In this document: positions 17,458 to 25,215 of the stretch, piece by piece
Position numbering within the stretch: the stretch's first letter is position 1
Layout of the letters: every line of letters begins with the position of its first letter
Virus record (IMG/VR): IMGVR_UViG_3300037755_000457
Location: 1 to 31,211 of that record
Length of the DNA: 31,211 bases
DNA from: a virus
Taxonomy: Duplodnaviria; Caudoviricetes
Direction: 5' to 3' (one strand)
Notes under the pieces: model-generated
What the model saw: only the letters and a program-made list of their open reading frames with translations
Database searches by the model: none
What the model was told of the DNA's origin: nothing
Translations under genes and position numbers: made by a program

Positions 17458-17657
17458 TGAGCGAGGAGGGTGCGATGAGCGACACGACGTGGCATGAAGT
17501 GGTGGTGGACGGCCTGACGTACCGCTTCCGCGACAAGGCGACGGGGGAGCGGTTCCGGCTGGCGGTCGAGGAGCAGTCGGTCGGGACCGAGAACGCGAGG
17601 GTCGCCGACGACGGAACCCTGCTCGGCGCCCGCCTGATCGGCCGGCGAGTCCTCTAG
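17454..17657 (+). CDS. Hypothetical protein
   Basis: Coupled to the HTH gene; GAGGAGG RBS suggests the start is MSDTT (ATG 17475); the stop overlaps the portal stop. Confidence 0.6.
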   Translation: MMSEEGAMSDTTWHEVVVDGLTYRFRDKATGERFRLAVEEQSVGTENARVADDGTLLGARLIGRRVL

Positions 17658-20092
17658 CCCACCACCTCGACCACGCCCTCCCCGCACCGGCAGCTCCCCG
17701 GATGCGGCTCCGGCGGGCCGAAGTACGAAGACCCGCTGATCGGCGAGACGTAGAGATCGTCTCCCCTCGCCACCTGCTCATCCAGACTGATGCACTCCGG
17801 GCACACCCGGCCGTCGTCGGAGTCCACCCAGATGCGGTGGATGTCCTGCACCTGACGGGTCTGGCGCGCCTGATCCCACGCCTGGCGCTGCGCACCAAAG
17901 GCCGCTCGAGACCCCTGGTCGGCGCCTACCATCGTCGCTCGCTCGGTGATCTGCTTGACGATCATCCGCTCGACCTTGTGGATCGCGTCCGCGATGGACT
18001 GCCCGGCGGCGAGGAGGTCGGCCAGGAACTTCCGGGCCCGCGCCGCCTGCGGGCCGTTGATCGCCACCAGCCAGGAGAACAGGCCAGCGGCAGCCGCCAG
18101 GTCCGCCGGCGAGAGGGTGGAGCGTAGGTCCGCCACAGCGTCCAGTACGGCACGCTCGGAGCTCTCGGCGATGAAGCCCGCGGCCGCCACCGCCGTCCCC
18201 CGCGACCAAGCGTCGAGCAGCCCCTGATCCACCTCGATGTCGCGGCCCACCGCCGAGGCCAGACGTTCGGCGCCTACCGCTGCCCCCTGCTGGCTGGCGG
18301 CCACGACCGGAGCCACCAGAGCGTCGAGCTCGGCGATCAGGGCCTGAATCCCGGCAGCCCTGGCCACGTCTCCGGGCGTACCGGACTCCAGGGCGGAACG
18401 CACCCGCTCCTCTCTGACCGAAGACCGGGCCGATGCGGCGGCGGTGCGGAAGACCGTGGCGATCCGCGAGGCGGTCCGGTCCGCCAGGGCGAACAGCGGG
18501 GCCAGCTCGGCCAGGATCGACGCCTTGCGCTCGCTGGCGGGTGGAGCAGCCTTGCCGATGATCGCCGCGGGCGGCAGGCGCTTGGCGGGCGTCACGTCGG
18601 TCGGGCGGTCGAAGCTGGACGCCGCACCAACCATTCGGAGCACCGTGTCTCGGTCCACGGTAGGGAACGACACCGAGATCAACTCGATAGCCGTCTCCGG
18701 GGGGAGGATGCGGTCGGCAACCGCTTGCACGATGGCCTGGAGAGACTGGACCTGAGCGCCGTTCAGAGCCGTCTGCGCAACCTCTTCCGTCGCAAGGGTA
18801 GCGCCCTCCGGCAACTCGGGGGGGGATGATCCAGACTCGATCGCCAGACGGCCCAGGCTGACGCCGTGCGGCATGTCCCCCGCCCCGTCGATAGGGGCGA
18901 GGTCGATGTCCAGCAGCCGGATCGCCTCGTTGTACGGAGTCCCGGCCCTGAGCAGCCGCTCCATCGTCTCGACCTTCGCGCCGACCTTGTCCTGTAGCGC
19001 CTCGACCGCCGATGCGTCGGGGACGATCCAGAGCCTACCCTCCTCGCCGAAGCGCGGCACCACCTGTCGGTTTAGGGTGCCACAGAAGAGGTCGAGCCAG
19101 GGCATGACGTTCGACTCCCACAGCCAGCGGATCGCGTGCTCGAGGTTCGAGTACGTGGCCGCCTCCGGGCTGAGAAGCGCGGGCAGCAAGTTGAACCCCG
19201 CCGCCACCTTGTCGACCGTGAATTTCGACGTGGCGAGGAAGTCCATCTCGACGGGGCTGCGGCTGAGATCCTGGTAGGTCCATGACCCAGGGATCAGGGC
19301 CACGCCGTGAGCGTTCTCGGCGCCCTGCATCTGCTCATCCACGAGCTGGCGTGCCTGAGCGTATTGGATGTCGGTCGGGTAGACGCCGTCCTTCCCAATC
19401 AGCATGCCGTCCTTGACGGCGCGCCGCTTCATCGCCTCCCGATTCCACAGCGTCGCCTCGATGTCGGCCTCGACCACCCCGGCCAGACTCTCGAGCGGCC
19501 CCACGCCCCAGTCGAACCGGCCGGGGTCCTGGAACATCCAGTGCGCGACACCCTCCGCCGGCAGCTCGCGGTCCACGGTCTGTAGCCCCGAGTGCCGATA
19601 CCGGATCGGCCAGCCCGTCTCGTCCGGCACCGCTCGATAGCCCAGCGCCAGCGGCCAGAGCGCCACCGGCCTACCACGGAGGCCCTGCTGCGCCGTCACG
19701 ATCTTGGCCAAGCAGTTGCCGGTGAGCGACATCCGAGACGAAGCGAGGCGGATGAACCCCGAGCGGTCCATCTTCGGGTTCGGCCGGTCGAGGAGATCCT
19801 GGAGCTGGCGCACCGCGGACCCCTCAGGATGCTCGGAGGCCGGCTCCCACTCCTCGCCGACAAGCACCTGCGCCACCAGGGGCACCCGGGCCGCGGCGGT
19901 AGCGATCAGGCGAACCGCAGTCGACACCCAGACGTTGCCGCGGTAGCCGCGCCTGACCGCCTCCGCTTCGTCCCACGTCGCCTCCGAGGATCGCCCGGCA
20001 GACACGGAGCGCACGATCAGCGGCGGTTCCGTCGAGGACTTCGCACCCACGGGCCGCGCCGTCGCCCGGGCCAACGCTGTGATGGGATTCAC
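17654..20092 (-). CDS. Portal protein fused to a MuF/SPP1 gp7-like minor head domain
   Basis: N-terminal ~410 aa is an HK97-type portal (LLDRPNP, LTGNC, GVGPLESL, SPVEMDFL, ATYSNLE). C-terminus WVDSDDGRVCPEC...PPEPHPGSCRC is the MuF signature. Confidence 0.92.
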   Translation of the reverse strand: MNPITALARATARPVGAKSSTEPPLIVRSVSAGRSSEATWDEAEAVRRGYRGNVWVSTAVRLIATAAARVPLVAQVLVGEEWEPASEHPEGSAVRQLQDLLDRPNPKMDRSGFIRLASSRMSLTGNCLAKIVTAQQGLRGRPVALWPLALGYRAVPDETGWPIRYRHSGLQTVDRELPAEGVAHWMFQDPGRFDWGVGPLESLAGVVEADIEATLWNREAMKRRAVKDGMLIGKDGVYPTDIQYAQARQLVDEQMQGAENAHGVALIPGSWTYQDLSRSPVEMDFLATSKFTVDKVAAGFNLLPALLSPEAATYSNLEHAIRWLWESNVMPWLDLFCGTLNRQVVPRFGEEGRLWIVPDASAVEALQDKVGAKVETMERLLRAGTPYNEAIRLLDIDLAPIDGAGDMPHGVSLGRLAIESGSSPPELPEGATLATEEVAQTALNGAQVQSLQAIVQAVADRILPPETAIELISVSFPTVDRDTVLRMVGAASSFDRPTDVTPAKRLPPAAIIGKAAPPASERKASILAELAPLFALADRTASRIATVFRTAAASARSSVREERVRSALESGTPGDVARAAGIQALIAELDALVAPVVAASQQGAAVGAERLASAVGRDIEVDQGLLDAWSRGTAVAAAGFIAESSERAVLDAVADLRSTLSPADLAAAAGLFSWLVAINGPQAARARKFLADLLAAGQSIADAIHKVERMIVKQITERATMVGADQGSRAAFGAQRQAWDQARQTRQVQDIHRIWVDSDDGRVCPECISLDEQVARGDDLYVSPISGSSYFGPPEPHPGSCRCGEGVVEVVG

Positions 20093-20301
20093 CGCGTACC
20101 TCCCTCCGCGACCCTGCGCGGACCCTGCTCAGGTGATGCCTGCACCTCGCGAACCTGCGCCCACACCGCGACCGCGCCGTAGACCAGCAGCAGCAGGCCG
20201 GCGCTGATCGGCCACGTCGGCCAGCCGACCCAGGAGGCGATGCCCCAGGTCACGAGCCCCCACCCGGCGACGACAGACAGCACCGGCAAGTGACGCGTCA
20301 T
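20089..20301 (-). CDS. Small two-TM membrane protein between terL and portal
   Basis: MTRHLPVLSVVAGWGLVTWGIASWVGWPTWPISAGLLLLVYGAVAVW; start/stop overlaps on both sides. Confidence 0.75.
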   Translation of the reverse strand: MTRHLPVLSVVAGWGLVTWGIASWVGWPTWPISAGLLLLVYGAVAVWAQVREVQASPEQGPRRVAEGGTR

Positions 20302-21863
20302 CGGTGGCCGTTGCCCCCGTTGGTGCTCGCGGCGCGGTCCTTCTGCATCCGCTCGGCCCAGCCCCAGAAGCTCGACTCGACCAGCGGGAACTCCTGGTGG
20401 ACCAGATACCCCAGGGCGTCCGTCATGTGGTCGTACTTGCCCTTCACCACGATGGACGTTCCGGGTTTGTAGATCAAGCGCTGGAGGCCGGCGATCAGTG
20501 CCCGACAGCGGGGGTGGACGTAGAGTCGGCGGCCCGCCTCGCCTTCGTCGGCCAGTGCGTTGACCTCGTTGATGCGGTCCACCACCGGCGGGGCGGCCGG
20601 AGGCGAGCTGACCTGGAAACCGTGGCGGCGGAGGATCGCGAAGTCTGTATCCCCCACCGCGGCCGAGGTGCGGCGCTGCTGGCCGCTGGGGTCCGGACAG
20701 ACCCGGACCCGCCTGCCCGGCCATCGGGCCTTGATCTCCCGGCACATCTCCTCCGTCCCGGAGTCGCGCAGCTCGATCTCATCGAAGACGTGGAGCTGAT
20801 CCGCCGCCCGCACCGCAACGCAGGCGCTCATGGGATCGACGTTGAAGTCCATGCCGATGAGGAGATCGCACTCGCCGGGATCCTCCACCTCCGCCACGTT
20901 GACGCCGGTGAAGGAGTGGTAGACCCGGCCCTTACCCTGGGTGCTCCGCGGCACCTGCTGGTAGAGAGACAGCCAGTAGTACTCGCCCACCCGACGGCGT
21001 AGGCGCTCCAGGGTCGCCAGCGGGTAGCGCTCCGGGCACAGCGCCTCGCCCGGGGACCGCCAGTCGGGCTCCACGGTGCAGCCCTCCGGCCACTGCGCGA
21101 TCAGCTCCGCATCGGCGATCGCCGGCAGGTGGATGATGTGCCACCCCTCGCCGCCGTCCTCGCCCGCCTCCTCGGAAAGCAGCCAGCCGGCGAGATCGTC
21201 CTCATCCCAGCGAGTCATCGTGACGACGATGGCGCCGCCAGGCTCCTCGCGGGTGGCGAAGGTCGAGCGATACCACTCCTTCTGCTTTTCGCGGATGACC
21301 TCCGAGCTCGCCTCCTCGGCGTTCTTGAGCGGGTCGTCGATCAGCCCGAGGTGGAAGCCCTTGCCGGTGATGGGCCCTCCCGCCCCGGCCGCCCACATGC
21401 CGCCACCCTGGACCGTCTCCCAGTGCGTCACCGCCCCGGCGTCGTCGCGGACTTGGCCACCCAGGGCGATGTAGTGATCCCGGGCCGATCTGGAGAACGT
21501 GCGGGCGAGGTCCGCCGAGTAGGAGTTCAGCCCCACCCAGCGGTCGGGGTGGCGGCTCAGGAAGTAGGCAGGCAGAATGCGGGAGGCCAGCATCGACTTC
21601 CCGTGGCGCGGCGGCATGTAGACCATGAGCCGACGGATCTCCCCCGCCACCACCCGCTCCAGCGCGTCGCCCAGCACCTCGACGTGACGCCACCATCGGA
21701 AGCGGGGATCGGCACGGGGAGCGAAGTCGCGCAGCGTCATGCGCTGGCGCTGGTGACGGATCGCCAACTCGCGGATCGCCGCTTCTTGAGCGGCCCGCTG
21801 GAGGTCGGCGTAGCTATGCGCCAGGAGGGCCAAGGACGGACCGGATGTCTTCGCCGGCGGCAA
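20298..21863 (-). CDS. terL: Terminase large subunit
   Basis: Walker A MPPRHGKS, Walker B LGLIDDP, nuclease IGMDFN and DHMTDALGY. Start uncertain (TTG 21863 or ATG 21740). Confidence 0.96.
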   Translation of the reverse strand: MPPAKTSGPSLALLAHSYADLQRAAQEAAIRELAIRHQRQRMTLRDFAPRADPRFRWWRHVEVLGDALERVVAGEIRRLMVYMPPRHGKSMLASRILPAYFLSRHPDRWVGLNSYSADLARTFSRSARDHYIALGGQVRDDAGAVTHWETVQGGGMWAAGAGGPITGKGFHLGLIDDPLKNAEEASSEVIREKQKEWYRSTFATREEPGGAIVVTMTRWDEDDLAGWLLSEEAGEDGGEGWHIIHLPAIADAELIAQWPEGCTVEPDWRSPGEALCPERYPLATLERLRRRVGEYYWLSLYQQVPRSTQGKGRVYHSFTGVNVAEVEDPGECDLLIGMDFNVDPMSACVAVRAADQLHVFDEIELRDSGTEEMCREIKARWPGRRVRVCPDPSGQQRRTSAAVGDTDFAILRRHGFQVSSPPAAPPVVDRINEVNALADEGEAGRRLYVHPRCRALIAGLQRLIYKPGTSIVVKGKYDHMTDALGYLVHQEFPLVESSFWGWAERMQKDRAASTNGGNGHR

Positions 21864-22305
21864 GGCGGGCGAGCTGGTCGGTGGAAAGGGTGTCGAGGTT
21901 GACGTTGAGGGTGTCGTGCTCCTGCTTGTCGCGCCAGAGACGCGGCTGACGGTTCTTCAGCCAGAAGATGCAAGCCACCGTGTCCGGCGGGTAGTGCTCG
22001 ACATAGGGGACTTGGACGCTCTTGCCGGTCTTCGCGTCGGCCACGATCTTCACCGCGTCATGGCTGTAACCAAGGGCGCGACGGTACAAGCTCTTGGCGA
22101 CCTCGGCGTCCGCTACCTCCTTGCCCTCTTTTAGGGACTCCGAAAACTCCGGGTGATCAACCTTCCACTTGGCGATGGTGGACTCTGCCACCTCAAGGAT
22201 GCGGGCGAGGTCAGCATCCGTCGCGCCGAGAAGCGCGATGCGACCGGCGAGGGGAGCGTATTCCTCGCGGTAGCTCGACGGCCGCCCCGCCTTCCCCTTC
22301 GCCAC
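21814..22305 (-). CDS. terS: Terminase small subunit
   Basis: GRPSSY...LGATDADLARILEVAESTIAKWK...SLYRRALGY...PPDTVACIFWLKNR; directly upstream of terL. Confidence 0.88.
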   Translation of the reverse strand: MAKGKAGRPSSYREEYAPLAGRIALLGATDADLARILEVAESTIAKWKVDHPEFSESLKEGKEVADAEVAKSLYRRALGYSHDAVKIVADAKTGKSVQVPYVEHYPPDTVACIFWLKNRQPRLWRDKQEHDTLNVNLDTLSTDQLARLAAGEDIRSVLGPPGA

Positions 22306-22340
22306 CCCTCACCCCTCGCCTTCCGCTAGGTCGCGGCGCG

Positions 22341-22568
22341 TCATGGCGTAGCCTCCCTGATCTCCGCCAACATCCTCAGCCGCCAGAAATCGACCATCTC
22401 GGACCGCATCCCGAACGTCTCGGCCACTTCAAGATCGCGCTGGATCTCGCACCACAGCCGCCAGCGATCCAGGCGACGGTAAGCGCACAGGCGAAACCAG
22501 GCCCGCTGGTCGCCGTAGGCCGCCAGTGCTTCCAGGTGGGCGCGGTAGATGGCTTCGACGATCCTCAC
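22341..22568 (-). CDS. Hypothetical protein
   Basis: GTGA-coupled, with GGAGG RBS. Confidence 0.6.
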   Translation of the reverse strand: MRIVEAIYRAHLEALAAYGDQRAWFRLCAYRRLDRWRLWCEIQRDLEVAETFGMRSEMVDFWRLRMLAEIREATP

Positions 22569-22759
22569 GCCGCCCTCCTCTCCTCATCCCCGGGGGCTCT
22601 CCCCAGCACTTCCCCCCGCCTTCGCGCCGCCACGTCCACCAGGCGCCCCAGCACTCCTAACTCGCGGGCCGCTGCGATAGTGCGGGGGTCGAGGTCGTAG
22701 CGCTGCGCCAGCAGGGTGTCGGCGGGGGTGGGAGCGCGATGCGGAGGGGCTTGGATCAT
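22565..22759 (-). CDS. Hypothetical protein
   Basis: ATG 22759 overlaps the upstream TGA; GGAGG RBS. Confidence 0.55.
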   Translation of the reverse strand: MIQAPPHRAPTPADTLLAQRYDLDPRTIAAARELGVLGRLVDVAARRRGEVLGRAPGDEERRAA

Positions 22760-22941
22760 GGGGCGCCTCCCGTCGTCAACGCCACCGGGACGTACTCCCG
22801 GCAGCCGCACGACCAGCATCCTACCTGCCGGGGGTCTCCGGGGTCGGTGTGGTGATCGTAGCGGTGACCGCACCGGCAGGGCGGGTAGCCCGGGGCTTCT
22901 GCCTCCGTCCTCCGGGCTTCGCTCGTCTTGGTGCGGACCAT
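22756..22941 (-). CDS. Small Cys/His-rich (zinc-binding) protein, first gene of the late arm
   Basis: CRCGHRYDHH...CWSCGC; TAAGAT lies 9 nt upstream of the ATG. Confidence 0.65.
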   Translation of the reverse strand: MVRTKTSEARRTEAEAPGYPPCRCGHRYDHHTDPGDPRQVGCWSCGCREYVPVALTTGGAP

Positions 22942-23002
22942 GGCGCGCCTATCTTACCGCATGACGCACCGGATGCGGTGAGGTGGTGGTAGACTGCTGG
23001 CC

Positions 23003-23320
23003 GTGCTCGACCTGACACCAACGTTCATTCAGGAGGTGGTAGGGGACATCGTTGGGGTCGGATTCGAGCCCGGACGTGATGAAGTTCGCCTACGGGCCGA
23101 TCCGACGTCGTTCAATTGCGTCGCGACCAGCGACCAGGTAGATAAGGCGCTGGAGCTGAGAGGTACACCAGTGCGAGCCCTGCTGATTCAGGCGGACAAC
23201 AAGACCCGACTCCTCCGGCTCGGGCGGCCGGATGACCCGCCATTCGTGCCGAGCGAGGAGGATGTTGAGCAACACCTCTTCAAGCGTTGGCACGAACTGC
23301 TTACGAGGCTCGCCAAGTGA
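23003..23320 (+). CDS. Putative antitoxin of the Doc/Fic gene
   Basis: GTGA-coupled upstream of doc; C-terminal helix LFKRWHELLTRLAK resembles Doc-neutralising tails; extended -10 TGG-TAGACT lies 7 nt before the GTG. Confidence 0.6.
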   Translation: MLDLTPTFIQEVVGDIVGVGFEPGRDEVRLRADPTSFNCVATSDQVDKALELRGTPVRALLIQADNKTRLLRLGRPDDPPFVPSEEDVEQHLFKRWHELLTRLAK

Positions 23321-23736
23321 ACGGGGTGCCTTGGTCGGAGCTTATGACCAGAGATCAGGTCATCCGGCTCCACGATGAGGGCATCAAGCGATACGGTGGA
23401 GATCCGACCCCACGCGGCGACTTGGAGTCCTGCATCGACCGCAGCCTTGGGGCTGCGTGGAACGGCGCCTTGTATCGAGAGCCGGTCGACGCAGCCGCAG
23501 GGCTGTGCTTTGCTGCGTTCCTTCTCTTCTATCTTACTAAGAACCAGTGTTTCACAGATGGCAACAAGAGGACCGGGTGGCTTGCTGGGGTCTGGGTCCT
23601 GTTGGCGCTTGGCCTGACCGTCACGGCCTCCAAAGAGGAGTGCGAGATCATGGTCCGGTCGATAGCCGCCGAGGCCGCCGCCACGGCTGATGATGTTGTA
23701 CGGTGGCTGGCGCCCCGAGTCGAGAGCGTCACCTAG
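23317..23736 (+). CDS. doc: Doc/Fic family toxin with degenerate catalytic motif
   Basis: VIRLHDEGIKRYGG N-terminus; KNQCFTDGNKRTG versus consensus HPFxDGNKR. Confidence 0.88.
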   Translation: MNGVPWSELMTRDQVIRLHDEGIKRYGGDPTPRGDLESCIDRSLGAAWNGALYREPVDAAAGLCFAAFLLFYLTKNQCFTDGNKRTGWLAGVWVLLALGLTVTASKEECEIMVRSIAAEAAATADDVVRWLAPRVESVT

Positions 23737-24024
23737 CCCTTCGACCGCTTCTTCCAACGCGTCAAAGCGGCCTTCCGAGCAATCGCGCTGCGGCGGGCGG
23801 CGGACAGGCTTCTCGGCCCGCACCTTCCCGCCCTTCTTCCCGCCCAGCCTTCCGAGCGCCACGGCGTGCGGGTTCTTCTCCCGCTTCTCCGGCTTGAACT
23901 TCTCCTCGTCCCCTACCGCTTCGCGCACGACGTTGTAGGCGAGCTGGCTAGAGTCGCGGGGGCGCCGCTCCTGCTTGTCTCGTCGGTCCTCGTCGGGCGG
24001 GTCGCTGCTTGAGCGCTTCGGCAT
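23733..24024 (-). pseudogene. Small basic protein (KNPxAVALGRLGGxKGGxxRAxxL family) with a +1 frameshift
   Basis: Removing one base at 23807-23808 gives ...RAEKLSAARRSAIARKAALTRWKKRSKG*, with the stop overlapping the doc stop. May be a sequencing error. Confidence 0.75.
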
Positions 24025-24111
24025 ACGGGGATGGTAACACGAGGCGGGGCGCCAGAATTCAGCCGAATGCTATGCTGCGGCATCCGTCCAATTTCGTAAG
24101 GGAGGTGCAGC

Positions 24112-24277
24112 ATGGCCCGTGTGTCGCCGTACTACAGCATCAAGAATCCCGGCAAGTACCACGTGTGCTCGAAGTGCACCGAGGGGAACAAACATCGAGA
24201 AGGAGAACAAGCGGGAGGGGACCGGGGGAGGCACGCTGTGCACCCGCTGTGCGCAGCTGACCGGCACCGAGTGCTAG
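24112..24277 (+). pseudogene. Small His/Cys zinc-binding protein with a +1 frameshift
   Basis: GGGAGG RBS. Removing one A at 24190-24192 gives MARVSPYYSIKNPGKYHVCSKCTEGNNIEKENKREGTGGGTLCTRCAQLTGTEC*. May be a sequencing error. Confidence 0.7.
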
Positions 24278-24531
24278 CTGGGGCGATAGGCGTGATCGAC
24301 TGACGGCAGCGCATCCAGCCGGCGGCAGTGATCGGCGATCAGCTCGCCGAGCATGGCAAGGCTCACGCCCCACTTCTCGGCCAGCCAGATGAAGGTCAAG
24401 CCCTGGGTGTGGATCTCGTGGCAGAGGATCTCGCCGAAGCTGCCGCCGCAGCCGGTCGGCTGGTCGAGGTACTGCTCCTCGATCAGCCGACGGCATCGCT
24501 CGACGTACGGCTCCTCGCAGGGGGCCTGCAT
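24274..24531 (-). CDS. Small Cys-containing HTH-like protein divergent from the Cro-like gene
   Basis: GLTFIWLAEKWGVSLAMLGELI is HTH-like; leaderless promoter directly upstream of ATG 24531. Confidence 0.65.
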   Translation of the reverse strand: MQAPCEEPYVERCRRLIEEQYLDQPTGCGGSFGEILCHEIHTQGLTFIWLAEKWGVSLAMLGELIADHCRRLDALPSVDHAYRPS

Positions 24532-24538
24532 GGGTAGA

Positions 24539-24567
24539 ACGGTAACACATGTGTAGATTGGTAGCAA
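24539..24567 (-). promoter_or_regulatory. Leftward sigma70-type promoter with palindrome in spacer
   Basis: TTGCTA-17-TACCGT with extended TG, 7 nt before the ATG; perfect palindrome ACACATGTGT at 24545-24554. Confidence 0.65.
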
Positions 24568-24652
24568 CTGCGCCCGCTTCAATCCCTTGAACCGCCCTTC
24601 GGGTCAAACTGAGCCACTACCTCTCGCCGGCAACAAAGAGACCCAAAAGCTC

Positions 24653-24720
24653 GGACGGAAAACGCTTGACACGGAGACGGGAACCGTCTACAGTTCGCGT
24701 ATGGCGAACGGAAACCATCC
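24653..24720 (+). promoter_or_regulatory. Rightward early promoter with operator-like sites
   Basis: TTGACA(24666)-17-TACAGT(24689), 6 nt before ATG 24701. Inverted repeat AGACGG-GAA-CCGTCT at 24675-24689, with degenerate copies at 24653-24667 and 24706-24720. Confidence 0.8.
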
Positions 24721-24970
24721 CGGGCAGAGAATACGGTCGTACCGCGAGAAGCGGGGATGGACCCTGACCTACCTGGCCCGGCTCCTCAGCACGTCCAAGG
24801 GCTACCTGTCCGACATCGAGCGAGAGCTGCGGGTTCCTGGCGCCCCCCTCCAGAGGCGCATCGAGATCCTGGTCGGCGTCCCGCTCAGCAACTGGCCGGT
24901 CGAGGGGCCAACGGCGGAAGAGATCCGCCAGAACCTCGCCGATCTGGCGGAAGCCGGGGGCCGCCGATGA
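24701..24970 (+). CDS. Cro-like XRE-family HTH regulator
   Basis: GQRIRSYREKRGWTLTYLARLLSTSKGYLSDIERELRVP; first gene of the early operon. Confidence 0.9.
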   Translation: MANGNHPGQRIRSYREKRGWTLTYLARLLSTSKGYLSDIERELRVPGAPLQRRIEILVGVPLSNWPVEGPTAEEIRQNLADLAEAGGRR

Positions 24971-25215
24971 CGCTGCTGGCCGCCTCCTTCGTCGTGCTGG
25001 CGCTCGCCGCCGACGTGGTCCTGGTGGTCTCCGCCGTGAGGCTCGAGGTCTGCGGTTCGGCGGCGTCCGAGGGGATCCGGGCAGCGCAGGATGGCCGCGT
25101 CGAGGCGCACGAGCTCCCCGCGCTGGAGACGGCGGTCCACGCTGCCATCGAGACGCTGCACCGCCTGATCCGCGAGGCGCAGGCGGCGGTCGGAAGCCGG
25201 GAGGCGGTGTCGTGA
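24967..25215 (+). CDS. Hypothetical protein; C-half resembles phage CII/YmfL-type regulators
   Basis: ATGA-coupled to cro; AAQDGRVEAHE...L helix pattern; hydrophobic N-terminus. Confidence 0.5.
   Translation: MTLLAASFVVLALAADVVLVVSAVRLEVCGSAASEGIRAAQDGRVEAHELPALETAVHAAIETLHRLIREAQAAVGSREAVS

Noticed and set aside
20089-20301. Holin
   Set aside because: Small TM genes between terL and portal are common and no endolysin is adjacent; function cannot be assigned.
7-22134. Many long plus-strand ORFs (e.g. 8892-10520, 14903-16768, 9892-10920)
   Set aside because: Antisense shadows of high-GC3 minus-strand genes; Arg/Gly/Pro-rich, with no motifs or RBS.
17142-22996. Shared GTAG(A/T)CTG motif upstream of both late-arm promoters as a late-activator site
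   Set aside because: More simply explained as the -10 boxes (TAGTCT, TAGACT) of the divergent leaderless plus-strand genes.
23188-23732. 278-aa ORF 23188-24024 as a real long protein
   Set aside because: The extension is created by the +1 frameshift and runs antisense to doc; the corrected gene stops at 23733.
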